A model generated the notes under the pieces. That model had not been told where the DNA came from. It did not search any database and saw only the letters and a program-made list of their open reading frames with translations. From Botryllus schlosseri (lineage: Eukaryota), in the NCBI GenBank assembly GCA_051294905.1, contig CM119378.1, positions 558,001 to 622,000 of the forward strand: a stretch of 64,000 nt of DNA, given 5' to 3'. The first letter of the stretch is position 1. Every line of letters starts with the position of its first letter. Made by a program: the position numbers and the translations under genes. Below are positions 12,801 to 24,689 of this stretch, piece after piece.

Positions 12801-15800
12801 TTTTGCAAAAAAAGTGTGAATGGAGCTGAAAAAGGTTGAAAAGCACTGAACTAGAGGATGCGTCTGGACGTCTGTAAGCAGGGTGGTCACTAGTCACTAA
12901 CAATTAACTAACTAACAATTAACTAACTAACAATTAACTAACTAATTCTACTTATTCAGAGCAGAGTTGAACAACTAGAAAATATTCAGTTTTTCCAAAT
13001 TAGATTAGAAGTAGAATTACTGTATTGGCGAAAACTTGCAAATTTAATCAAGTTCAGTTCACATCAAATCAGAGTTCATGGGAATGTCAAATGTCTGTAC
13101 AGAAAACTTGACTCGTTTCGTACTATACAGTGCAACCCTAGCATTTTTGGCAAAATGAGAAATTGGATTGTAATTAAACTCAGAGCATACAAGCATTTCA
13201 CAAATAAAATTAGAATTAGACCTAAGAATCATTTCACAAATTAGATTAGAATTAGATTACTGACAATTTCCTCTAATTTAGACTAATTGGAATTATCTAG
13301 TTGTCCAAGTCTGATTCAGAGCACTCGTACAGGTTTTGGCTCGTACAATGAATAATTTGAGTGGTTATGATTTTAGAGTGCTTCAGTTTTTAGGTGATAC
13401 TAAGACAAGAGTAGTTACTGTTTGTTGTAATAACTACTTCTACTTGACTACAAACAATAACTACTTTGACCACCTCCTGCATGAGAAGTAGATCGATGTT
13501 CCCGTCAAGCAGTCACAGATTATTCTGCGACTCCCTATTAGCATGTTTTGACGTTACGACAGTTGTCAATGGTAATTATAATTAATTTACCTATAACATC
13601 ATACACCAATATTTCCTTAAAAGTGTGATATCAACTCGTATTATCGGCAAATTAGCAATTACTACCAAAAATCACATCAATGTGAAAATTGGAAGACTCG
13701 AACCTGTCTCAGAGCTCTCGCAAACGACTCGATGGCCATCGATTCTTTTCCTGGGGTTCGCGCGGCAAGTTCTTCCACGGCTTGAGACATAATAGCCTCC
13801 GAACAGCCACCTGTATGTTAGAACAAAGAAATTAGAGATATAAAATTTGAAAAAATACATCATCTATAAGTGCAACAAAAATAAAAATACTAGTACAGTA
13901 ATAAGCAACTTCTCGATCTTGAGTTTACTTTCTTCCCTCCACCACCAAACCATCAATTAAGAACATGTAATAACCAATTAATGTACTATTATCTTCAATG
14001 TGTGTTGTATTGTATTTATATCGTTTTAAACACCAGTTACTGTGTAAACAAAGCGAGTTAATCAAACTAATGTCACTTATTTATTTCAAAGGTTGCAAAA
14101 AACAGGGGTTATTGCTTTTTAATTTATTTTAAAGGGGGCCTTAGAGATACAAACCTCCGAACACAGTCTTTGTTTCTTTAACTGTTTGTGACAAAACGCA
14201 GAGAGCGTCATGCATGGATCGTTCAGATTCATCCAAGATCTGTTGCGTCGCTCCTCTTAATATGATCGTGCAAGCTTCCGCCTTTTCCACGCCTGAAATG
14301 CAAGGATATTCATAAACCAAGTAAAACTGCTGCCAGACTTGAACAGCAAGATAATTCTAGACAGCAATCGGAGTGAAATTTCGGTAATCTAATTCTAATC
14401 CAATTTGTGAAATGCTTTCATTTCAAAACTGTATCGTGCGAAATGAGTCAATCCCGTGCTATCAGAATGAACTTTGATGCCATGCTTGAAATACAAGGAT
14501 CCTAGGAAGGCACCAGACAGGCTCAAAGAGCGACCGCAGATTCTTATCAACCGGACTTGGGCAACTAGATAATTCCAGATGTCTACTTGTATTAATTAAA
14601 GCGAAATGTGGGTAATCCAATTCTTTTAGTATTTTTGAAATGTTACTGCGCTTTCATTCCAATTCTAATCTGATTTCTGGTCTTTCTGAACATGCTACAG
14701 GGGAGCTATAGGCCTACAGTGTGAAATGATCCAAGCTTGGTGTGCGGGCGTCTGAATGAAGAGAATTTAACTTCAATTTCTAAGTAGAGGTCGACCGATT
14801 ATCAAGGCCGACATTTGGAACACTCTCGATTATCGGTATGAAGGGCCGATATCAAAAATATTGGAAATTCAATGCTCCGTGTTCTCAATCTCAAAAATCG
14901 ACGACGCAAAGGGCGATACGTGACATATTTACCCTTGCCGGACGAGTTTAACTGGGTGAGCATGCAGAGAAACTATGCTTCCTGCATTGCAATCTTCCCT
15001 TTACAGGACCGATCTGCAAGTCTGTATCACGTTTTGCTTTTTGGGTTATCCCAAATTTCAATGAATGTGAACAATTAGAAAACAATTATTTTCAATCTCA
15101 ATTTTCTCGTTTGTTGTTCAGCTTTCTGTGGCATGCACAAGCGCCCATCTTGCCTAATATATAATATTTTCGGCGAAATGGCTCTCTGTTCTTTCCATAT
15201 AAATATCGGCCTATGATATCGGTTATCGGCCTTGTGAGTGTGTCGATAATCGATATCGGCCTGCAAAAATAAATATCGGTCGACCTCTATCTATAAGTTT
15301 TTGCGCATTTAGTCATTCTAATCATAATCCAAGTTGAAAAAAATATGTAGCTATGTGTTGGTATCTTTTTAATTCTAATATAACTTCGACAAAACTAGTT
15401 ATAATCATAATCCTAATTTGGAAAAAACGTGGCCATATTTTCAATTCCAAATATTTCAAAAAAAAAGCGTGTACCTTATAACTCTGCATTGAATCTAATT
15501 TCGAAAAAACTGTAGCCACCATTCCAGTTCCAATCCAATTCGGAAGGGCCGGAAAAAATCGTACCTGAAAACTTGATCATTTTGTCTTCGCCGATCATCA
15601 CTTCTTCTATGAGTTTACATTTTCCGATCTTGACCAGATCCGGCCGATCGAACGTGGAGCAAATCTCGCCGCCAAGCACGAGAGCAAGGCGTTCGATACC
15701 TTCGAAATCAGCATGTTCGATCGCCATTACTCCCGCGTCGGCGAACAGCTGTTCCGGATAGTTGTAGATCAGTTGTCTGTGAAAGAGAATAATAAAATGT

Positions 15801-18800
15801 TCCGAGACAAACTACAGCAGACAATGGAATATTTTTTTCTGAATATCTGTATTGAAACGAATCCGAATATTTTCAGCTGACACCTATCATGGGTAGTAGT
15901 TAGAAACCAGTGTAGCAGGGTTCTAATTAGGGCTGGGCACAATGGTTCGAGTACTGGAATCTGAATCGAGTATTAATTTTGATGATTCGAGTCGAGTAGT
16001 AAAACACGATTATTTCGAGTACTGAAATTATACGCTCCTCGCAACTGAAAGGTAATTTACTAACGAGAATTATAGATTTGGTAATATTTTCCAATGAGGA
16101 AGCCTTAAAACCTTGATTGGCGGCAACTCAGCATACGAGACATAGTACAAAGCTAGTAACGTTACTGGAAATAACACATTTCCGAAGTCATAATCATCCC
16201 ACAACATTGTCAAGAAGTGCAGTGAAAACGGGATGGTCGAAAAAATACCAAAGTATCTTTAATGTGACGGATAAGAGGCATTACGTTCTTCGTGGTGGCA
16301 TAAAAGGTACATATTTTAACTTTGACATAGTACAATCGGTTGTGACGTCATAATGAGTGATACTCGAATACTCGACTCGAAGCATTTTACGTGATTCAGA
16401 ATCGAATCACCCAGGTACTCGATTTTGCCCAGCCCTAGTTCTAATGACTCGAGTCATGACGCGACTCGAGTCACGATTTTATGGTGACTCGAATCAACTC
16501 GAGCCATTTTTCAAATGTGTAAAATGACTCGACTCGAGTCATTACAACCCTGAGGCTCAGTGTGCTATTTTTTAATTACACACAAACTCTTTCCGTTGTC
16601 AAGAACTAGGTTGGCATTTTTTGACAGAAGTCGACTCCAAGGCACATAAATGGAAGAATTAACAGGGGTTTCCTTCCGACACCGCGAAATATGTTGCTCA
16701 ATAATTACTTTTTTCACAAAACTAGAATTATCCAAGCTACGGAAGCACTATTTCCACGAAACCAACCTGTTTATGAAGCAATTTATGTCGTGCGATACAA
16801 CTTTTTCGACTTTATCCTTCATTTTCTGTTTTTCGGCAAATTCGATTTCCGCTACTTTCGCAGTTCCGTCGACGCGAACTCTCGATCCAAAAACCTGTAG
16901 ATGAGATTTCATTATGTGCTGCCACAGGCGGTAAGTAACAAAGTACGACTATTTCCACTTCTACTTGAGTAAAAAGTAGTTTTCATTGGTATTGGGAGTG
17001 ATGTTGTCATATACACTGTGTGAAATATCACGGTAATTAAATATATACTTGAAGGTTGCATCCATTTGCAGCGTCCATAGTGATTTTGCGTTAATAACGA
17101 AGATACATATTGTAATTTGGAAAGCGGCCAACTATGTTGAACTGCAAAAAGCCGGAGACCATGAAACCATGAAACTATTTACGGAACTTCAATATACAAT
17201 TGAATAGTATATTCATACTGAAATGAACCCAGAATATTTTCGGCCGACACTCGTCAGGGGTAATCGTCAGCAACTTGTAGAGAATTGGAATTTGGAAAGA
17301 ACATTTTATATCAACAATCGTATCACAAAATATGACGTCACCAGCATAACATTTCGAATAAGAGAGCGTTCAATGTACCATTTTTAGATGGTACACGAGC
17401 TCCTTTTGTTGACACAGCCTTGGCTGGTGTATTTTCATAGAAGTCGACTACAAGGCACACAAATGAAAGAGTGAACGAACCCTTCCAACGGCGAGTTAAG
17501 TGATACGATTCTTGATATACAATTTTCTTTCCAATTCTCTACTAGCTGCTGACGATTACCCCTGACGAGTATCAGCCGAAAATATTCGGGTTCATTTCAA
17601 TACGAATATACTATTCAATTGTATATTGAAACTGTTTACTCGTATATTTGTCAGACTTTTCATCTTCTACTTGAAGTTTTTTTGATATGTCGTGAGAATC
17701 GCTGCTTGTAAATGTAATTGAGTAGAAATCCATGGAGTTACTTCTAGTTGAGTAGCAACGCTGACTAATTTGCCTTACTTTTATTTTGTCTGTATCCATT
17801 CCGGTGTTGGCGAGAAGAATTCTGGCGTTTTCGATTCGTCGCGGCTGATTCATTCCGATTTTTTTAGCGAGAAGGAAGCCTTCGTCTAACGTGGAGCTCG
17901 TCATCGTTCCTCCGAGGATTTTGATGATCTGAAGGCAAAAATTTGCAGAAAAACAATATATACAAAGCTTCGATTTAATCCGGGGGTTCCCAATACTTTT
18001 TACACCATGGTGTCTGTTGAAAATTTTGATAAATTAATGACCCTATTTTTCAGCCTTTCGGAAACATTGATGAACGTTAGCCCATTTCAATTAAAAAAAC
18101 TGTTTATACAGTAACCGGTTGTTAGAATAATAAAATGACGTAACATCAACACAACATAAAATGATAGCACTAGTACCGTAATTTTCCAAGTATAGTGCGC
18201 CCCCGTGTATAATACGCACCCCTTAAAATAGCATGCAAATTCTGGGAAAAAGTCTGTACCCATGTATAGTACGCATCCAGCATTTCAGTACATGAATAGT
18301 TCCGATTTAGTATACCATGTCATTCTGTTTTGCTATGTCGCTGTTGAACAATCATGACATAACAATCGCTAATCATTATACAATTAACGGGATTGTCTTT
18401 AAACGATAGTAGATAGCAGCCAAAGCCTCCGAGGCCGGCGGCACGATAGTTCAGGCTAGCGACACGACATCTTCAGAACGAGATCTATTACAGATGCGAT
18501 TGCCAATCATTATACAATTAACGGCATTGTCTCTAAACGATTGTAGATAGCAGCCAAAGCCTGCGAGGTCGGAGGCGAGATATTTTAGGCCAACGAACCG
18601 ACATCTTGTGCACGACGCCTATTACAGATGCGATTGCTCAGGCTAACGGTTATGTTGTGCGCACCAGGTCTGTTGTAGATGCGACTGATTACGCAATCGA
18701 TTATATCTTGCGCACATGGCCTCTTGTATATGTATAATTGTATATGCGATTGTTCGGGCCTGTCGTTGACGCAATGAATTAACGAGAATTGCCGCGTGCG

Positions 18801-21800
18801 AGTACCTATTAGTTAGTGACCTGATTTCGCTCGCGATCAAACGGCAAACCAACTCAGCAGGAGATCGCGTGCTTGTGCAGACGACTCTCGTTAATTGGCA
18901 AAGCGCTTTTCGTTAATTGGCTGCGCGTTACACTTTATAATACGAATTACTGTGCGCGATGACTGAAAGTGATGCGCGATTGGAAACAAACATGAAGAAA
19001 GGCGTTATTTCAAGTTTATTATCGAGGGAGATTTTCTTCATGGCTTGTTGTACCCATGTATAATACGCACCCCCCTATTTTAGGGCAAAAAATCGTGAAA
19101 ATTTTGCGCATTATACATGGAAAATTACGGTAGCTAAATATTTCGCTAATGTCAATTTTGAGCTTGTTCTGCTACGATAGGCGCCAAACCTGGGTATGCA
19201 AGGTATGCCACGCATACCTAGACATTTTTTTAGGTATGCGGCATACCTAGGATTCGGTTTGGCATGTATCGGCATAAACCAGAATTGTGTTATTTAGAAC
19301 AAATTGCAATGTATTTCCGTTTACGACATGACCTGCTGCCGCGCACATGCGAGCCAGCGAGGTAACCCGTTGCACGCGGCCCCCGGCCAATTAGCGAGAA
19401 GCGCGTTGTCAATTAGCGAGATTCGTCTGTGCAAAATGTAACGTGACGCTATTTCCCGCTGAGATGATCGCGAAATTATGTCATTGATTGCCGTGCGCTC
19501 GGCAATTGTCGCTTGCCTGATTTATCGCGTCTCCAACAAGCCTAGTTTGACTGGCTTGAAGAATCACATCTGCAGTAAGCAGGGCGCACTATACCATCGC
19601 TATCCTGCACTATCGCATCTGCATTGGCGCGCACGATATCATTGCTTGCCTACACAATCGCATCAGCAACAGGCCTGGTACGAAAGATATCATATCATCA
19701 CTGGCCAACCATCACGTCTCGGGCCTAGCATGCGTTGGCTATAATCTCTCGATGGCTTGGAGACAATGCCGTTAAGTGTATGCTGATTAGCGTTTGTGAT
19801 TAAAGAGTGACATCATCAAACTGAATAACATCGAATGTCCGCAGACATGTGCGATTGTGCGTGCGCCGTGCATGCATTATTGAATACCACTAATACTTAA
19901 CCATCAGAAGATGTGTGTCAAGACGAGGAAGGTTTGAACAACCTGAAACAGATTCCATAACAACTCGTAGATTTTGCCTTGCGCAAATCGTCGCCGAGGT
20001 TACGTAATACGCGTTGATAAGCGGCTTATTTAATTGTTCGCGAGCGATCAGGGACTGGCTAATTGACAGCACTTCCGGACTTGTTGACAAGCTTATCATA
20101 CGCGCAAGTTCATTAACACGAGGAGATCGGCATTTACGCATGCACTTTACCCTAATGAATCGATGCTATATTCACCCTAATTATCAATTCCGTCACATTA
20201 TGACGTCATTCCTTTGTGACGTCATCGAACCCGCATACCTAAGGAAGATTAGCTTCCGGCGCCTATGTCTGCTACGATAACGTCTAATTTATGGTTGGAA
20301 AGAGCCAGCCACATACATTGAATATTCAAGTCACCTAGTTGTCAAATCTTTAGAAGTAACATTCTAGAAAACCCACATTCACAACGATATGTTGATGGAA
20401 AAGGAACTGCAATGTTAGCACAATTTCATCAAGCTCAGGGTACGATTTGCTTAGTTTTGTATAACGAAGAGAGTAAACTAAAGATAAAAAGTGGCTTATT
20501 GTTGTTCTAGTATTTTTATTAAATTCTAATATTTCTTTTGTCATAGTGGAATACACTTAGAGATGAATAAATTTTTCCAGATTTTTCTATGGCCCACAGC
20601 TTGGAAAGCTCTGATTTCATCCAACCTGAATAGCTTCCAAGTTTCCACTTCCCTTGAGTCTGAGCACGGCGTCGACAGCCATCTTGGCAAAGAAGTCCTT
20701 GTGTTGGGTTAGCAGTTTGGAACTGAGCGTGGTGCGGGCAATGTTCATCAAATCTTCACGGAACTTGACGGGGTCGTTACTGAAACAGTTGATAGTTGCA
20801 GATTAGGTCAAGCCGCCAGTGGCGTGATCAGAGGGGATTTTTTGGGTCAAAACAGGAACATGACCTATTATCAGTTTGTGGATAATATCAAGTTGATATC
20901 ACGCTTTGAAAAGAATATCAGTATTGACCAATAGAAGTAGGCCTAATTAATAAAATATCGGTGATTTTGCTGACATAACAGAATGGTAGTGAGGAGTCAG
21001 AGAACTATTATATGTGACTGCCAAGACATGGAATCTTCGTTTATTTCTTATAGATTGTCGGTGTTCAGATGCAGCCTTTTTAGTATATTTCATGTCCAAG
21101 CATAGCAATGGCTGTAGAGAAGTTCTAAGGGTTTGGGAATAGGAGTGGCGCTAAATCTTTTCAACATCGGCTGAATATATTGACCAAATCCCCTTTTTTC
21201 GAATGAAAAATATGGACGGCTTTTTTCGTGCTTCATGTCATGTGTACAAACGAGAGTAACTATCACACACTTAGTTATGTAATTGATTATTCATAAGAAA
21301 ATCGGACACATTGATGTGGATTCATTTCACTAGCGACATGTTTTTCTGATCAAACGCTCTTCGACTTACTCCAGAATCAAAATATGTCACATTATCTTTT
21401 TCAATTTATGACGAGCGCGTGTATTTTTGCCCACATCACCTCTCGCTGGTGATCTGACATCGAAATGAAATTTTTCAATTCTGTCTCTTCGAGTTCTTAT
21501 CGTAGTGGAGATGATAACAGCTTATATATATCATACACAGACACTTGCTTATCAAATTTTGTTGAACCCTTGCATAACCTGCATTAGGCATGTGCTCAAT
21601 CTTGATATATTGCTTCTAACTTGATGAATTTTGAAAATTTTCAAATCTCGTCTTTTTTTCTTAGCTGTAACCCAAGTAACCGAGAACGTACCCATGATCT
21701 AATGCAGAACTGAGCAAAGCCTTTCGTGCCGTTTCTGTTGCAAGCCTCCAGCCGGCAATGATGGTTTGAGGATGGATTTTCTGAGCGATCAGTTTTTCTG

Positions 21801-24173
21801 CTTCCTGCAACAAAACGGCCAATTCCCATTATCAATTCACGAGTCTGATAGGACAACACCAACCCTCAGTAGTTCCGCAGCCAGGACAGTGACCGAGGTG
21901 GTTCCGTCACCGACTTCGTCATCCTGGACTTTGGACATGTCTTGAAAAGAAAACAAACCTGTTTCATGTCAAGTCAAAGTCACCCGAATTTTGTTAGTGA
22001 CTAGAGACAAGTCAAGTGAAGAGCGAGTCAAGTCAAATGAAATCTAATTTTCAAAGGAAAAGGCATGATAAAAAAATCGCCGTTGGTTCCGGTTACTTTT
22101 GGCCAAATTACGCGGAGAAACGGCTTCATCCGAATGAAGAGGAAAATCAATTCATTTGGGTTGTGAAAAGAACATTTTTCCAAATCTTGCTTGCTTGGCG
22201 ATTAAATCGTCAGGTAGCTTAAAAAGCCATGCACACCGAATTTAAACGATTACAATCGGTAGAAGCAAAGTTATTGGAGTTTTTCGTTGATCATTCTGGG
22301 ATTACCTACCCGCAATGCTATTTTTTCAAATCCAAAATTTCTAACTGCAATTACTTCGCTTTTACTGGTTAGAATTAGCTATTACCTCGTTTTTGCAGAA
22401 AACGTATCTTTCTCATGGGGTAGCCAGTGAAATTTATAAAAAAATTCAAAATTTCAAAACGGTAATAGCTTCGTGATTACCTGTTGGAATGGACTCAAAT
22501 TTGGTGTGCATCGTTCAGACGATTCAATCGCCTAGCAAGCAAGATTTAGAAGAGAAAATTGTTGGTCACGCGTACAGGCAGACAATGCATTAAAAATATT
22601 CTACCGCTGCGTGATTAATGAATTGCGGATGAGCAATAGGCCTACTGCGGTAATTGACACTGATACATGCAAAACAGTTCTACCTCCAGATTAATTGCAT
22701 TTGCATAGAATTCCAATTACAAATGAATCGGCAAATACTATATTACTGTGCAACACACATAGATATAGGGTAAAAATAGTAGGTCTACTATATTTTCTTG
22801 AATGAAGTGCTAAGCCATGCAGCAAGGTCTGCCAATCTTGCAAAATACTTATGTCAAATGAAAAAAAATTCATTCGAGTTGACTCTAGATTGTTTTTTAT
22901 TCACAGAAACCAATCTAGCCTTTCCTACCAACAAGGACTTTTGCGGCAGGATTGTCGACACCGACGGCTTTCAAGATGGTCGCTCCGTCGTTTGTGACTG
23001 TGATGCTCGGCTCCAGTCCACTTCCTCCAGAACTCATCAAGATCTTATCCATCCCTTTCGGCCCCAACGTCGATTTGACCAGATCGCCGATAGCAATCGC
23101 TCCGACAAAGGACGACTGAAAATATGCATTCATGACTCCCGTGCAGAATTGGACAAATAGATGATTCTAATTTGAGCGAGATGTCTGTGATCTAATCCCA
23201 ATCTGGTTTGTAAAAAGCTTCTATGCTCTCACTTGATTGTAATATACCCTATTTCTGGTTTTCTTGTAAATACTATTATATATTGCGGAACGACTCAAGC
23301 TCGGTATACGGACATTAGAAGAAGAATATCTTGGAGGTACAGACCTTCATTATACAATGGAATAATATATATATTGAAACAAACCTGACCATTATTGACA
23401 GACACTCATCAGGGGTCGTAATTGTCAGCAACTATTAGAGAATTGGAAATGTCACCGGCATGAAATTTTGAATAATAAAAGCGAAAAGAGCGCTTAAGCT
23501 TGACTATTTTTAGATGATACACAAACTCCTTTTGTTGGCACAGACTTGGTTGGCGTATTTTGGCTTAAAGTCGACTCAAAGGCACACACATGACAACAAC
23601 AACGCGGAATATGTTGTCTGGATAATTTGGAAGAGACTGTAACGTAGCTATAATTCTCGTCCTAATCTAATTGGAATAGCTGAAAATTTTGTAGTTTACT
23701 GAACTCTGCTTCGGTGCCAATCGAGAGATTGAAAACAACTCACCAGACGCGCCGTTTCTGCCTTCTCTTCATCTGCGCCGGCATTATAAATCGATATCGG
23801 GCTCAGAGACATCTGAAGGCAGTGAAATTAGTTGGAGAGACTCTTGGTTAAGAACTTCAATATACAATTGAATAATATATTCATATTGAGATAAACCCGA
23901 ATATTTTTGGCTGATGCTCGTCAAGGGTCATCGTCAGTAACTATAGTAGAGAAATCAGAAGAACATTGGGGAAACAAAATCAGGTCAAGATTCAAGATCA
24001 GGGATGTTTACAACCGAAAACGATATTTCAGTTTGAGATCCACATTCAGGATTCAGCAGTCTACTGGAACTCTTCAAGTCAAAACAGGTATATACATGAT
24101 AGACAGGAAGAGATAACAAAAAAACGTGTCATAAGTTCAGAGTATAAGAGTCAGTATATTGAAAACTTACCAT
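6850..24173 (-). CDS. CCT2: T-complex protein 1 subunit beta, complete spliced gene, 14 coding exons, 535 aa
   Basis: join(complement) 24171-24173, 23744-23812, 22929-23115, 21864-21940, 21692-21804, 20626-20779, 17779-17928, 16767-16894, 15565-15776, 14155-14292, 13704-13810, 10478-10577, 7641-7782, 6850-6877 = 1608 nt. All introns GT-AG and phase-consistent. Motifs [29 protein letters not shown]. Confidence 0.96.
7641..7782 (-). CDS. CCT2: CCT2 exon 13
   Basis: [46 protein letters not shown]. Confidence 0.95.
8214..10368. mobile_element. Tc1/pogo (Tigger-like) MITE with nested hAT MITE 8425-9928 (TSD CTCTAAAC)
   Basis: TA|CCGTAATTTTCC...GGAAAATTACGG|TA. Confidence 0.85.
10478..10577 (-). 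CDS. CCT2: CCT2 exon 12
   Basis: [33 protein letters not shown]. Confidence 0.95.
10966..12848 (+). mobile_element. Buster-type hAT derivative with dimerisation-domain remnant and nested MITE 11474-11666
   Basis: [42 protein letters not shown]...[17 protein letters not shown] at 12542-12660. Confidence 0.85.
12897..12945. repeat. 15-bp tandem repeat (CTAACAATTAACTAA)x3
   Basis: Direct reading. Confidence 0.8.
12962..13313. mobile_element. CAGACTTGGACAA-ended AT-rich MITE (TTAGATTAGAATTAG repeats)
   Basis: CAGAGTTGAACAACTAG...CTAGTTGTCCAAGTCTG; many degenerate copies in introns. Confidence 0.65.
13704..13810 (-). CDS. CCT2: CCT2 exon 11
   Basis: [35 protein letters not shown]. Confidence 0.95.
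14155..14292 (-). CDS. CCT2: CCT2 exon 10
   Basis: [45 protein letters not shown]. Confidence 0.95.
14785..15289. mobile_element. hAT-type MITE with ATCGG/CCGAT repeats
   Basis: TAGAGGTCGACCGAT TIR; right-end copy also at ~995-1085. Confidence 0.75.
15565..15776 (-). CDS. CCT2: CCT2 exon 9
   Basis: [43 protein letters not shown]...EDKMIKFS. Confidence 0.96.
15928..16437. mobile_element. hAT-type MITE inserted into the left TIR of another MITE (15916-16553)
   Basis: TAGGGCTGGGC TIR; TSD GTTCTAAT. Confidence 0.8.
16767..16894 (-). CDS. CCT2: CCT2 exon 8
   Basis: [42 protein letters not shown]. Confidence 0.95.
17226..17262 (-). ncRNA. Second hammerhead motif (inverted partner; extra U after the cleavage triplet)
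   Basis: Reverse complement reads TACCC-CTGACGA-GTGTCGGCC-GAAA-ATAT-TC-T-GGGTT. Confidence 0.55.
17557..17592 (+). ncRNA. Minimal type I hammerhead ribozyme motif (Penelope/retrozyme-like)
   Basis: ACCC-CTGACGA-G(TATCAGC)C-GAAA-ATAT-TC-GGGT: stem I ACCC/GGGT, CUGANGA and GAAA cores, 1-bp stem II, palindromic AATATT stem III, UUC cleavage triplet. Confidence 0.7.
17779..17928 (-). CDS. CCT2: CCT2 exon 7
   Basis: [50 protein letters not shown]. Confidence 0.95.
18176..19130. mobile_element. Tc1/pogo (Tigger-like) MITE, sister of 8214-10368
   Basis: Same TIR and TA TSD; internal ~140-bp tandem duplication. Confidence 0.85.
19176..20267. mobile_element. 8-bp-TSD MITE (CATAGGCGCC ends)
   Basis: TSD TCTGCTAC; related element ~37314-38480. 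Confidence 0.8.
20626..20779 (-). CDS. CCT2: CCT2 exon 6
   Basis: [51 protein letters not shown]. Confidence 0.95.
21692..21804 (-). CDS. CCT2: CCT2 exon 5
   Basis: [37 protein letters not shown]. Confidence 0.95.
21864..21940 (-). CDS. CCT2: CCT2 exon 4
   Basis: [25 protein letters not shown]; followed by a 59-nt intron. Confidence 0.95.
22929..23115 (-). CDS. CCT2: CCT2 exon 3
   Basis: [26 protein letters not shown]...[22 protein letters not shown]. Confidence 0.96.
23744..23812 (-). CDS. CCT2: CCT2 exon 2
   Basis: cag|[23 protein letters not shown]|gtgag. Confidence 0.93.
24171..24173 (-). CDS. CCT2: CCT2 exon 1 (initiator ATG only)
   Basis: gtcaagATG|gtaagt perfect donor. Confidence 0.7.
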
Positions 24174-24689
24174 CTTGACTGTTTGAAGATGTTCAATTAC
24201 AAGGTGAATATAAATAGGCAACACAGTACTGTAAATGAAACTCAGAATTATTTTTTCTCATATAGGCCTATATAATTGTATAGTATATTCATATTGAAAC
24301 GAACCCGGATATTTCCGGGTAAAACTCTTCAGGGGTAATCGTCATTCGTCAATTATCTCTGAAACAGTCAAACAAGACTTAGTCTGACACACGACATGAT
24401 TGAATCTCCATCCTATTTGCCGTAGAAGAATATAATCATGATAGGATAAAACAGTTTGATGTGTGGCAAGACCTCGGCTAGATAATATTGATTTTGCATC
24501 TCTCTCTAATTGGTATCTCTTCTGAAGTAAAGAAGTGCTACAAAACTTCAACCTCAAGACGCAGTGAAAATATTGATTCACTTTACATGTGCCATGACAG
24601 TATGATTAGGTTTGAGGGCCCTGGTATCAAACATGTCTCGCCACACTGAAAAATCCGGCCCATATACACGGGGGTCAAGTTTATGTATC

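Larger units (their letters stand above)
17184..17630. mobile_element. Inverted pair of Penelope-like pseudo-LTR repeats in CCT2 intron 7
   Basis: Arms ~17187-17326 and ~17500-17630 are reverse complements and each carries a hammerhead motif. Related fragments at ~15850, 16600, 23330-23610, 23850, 24270, 31130, 35270, 43150. Confidence 0.6.
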
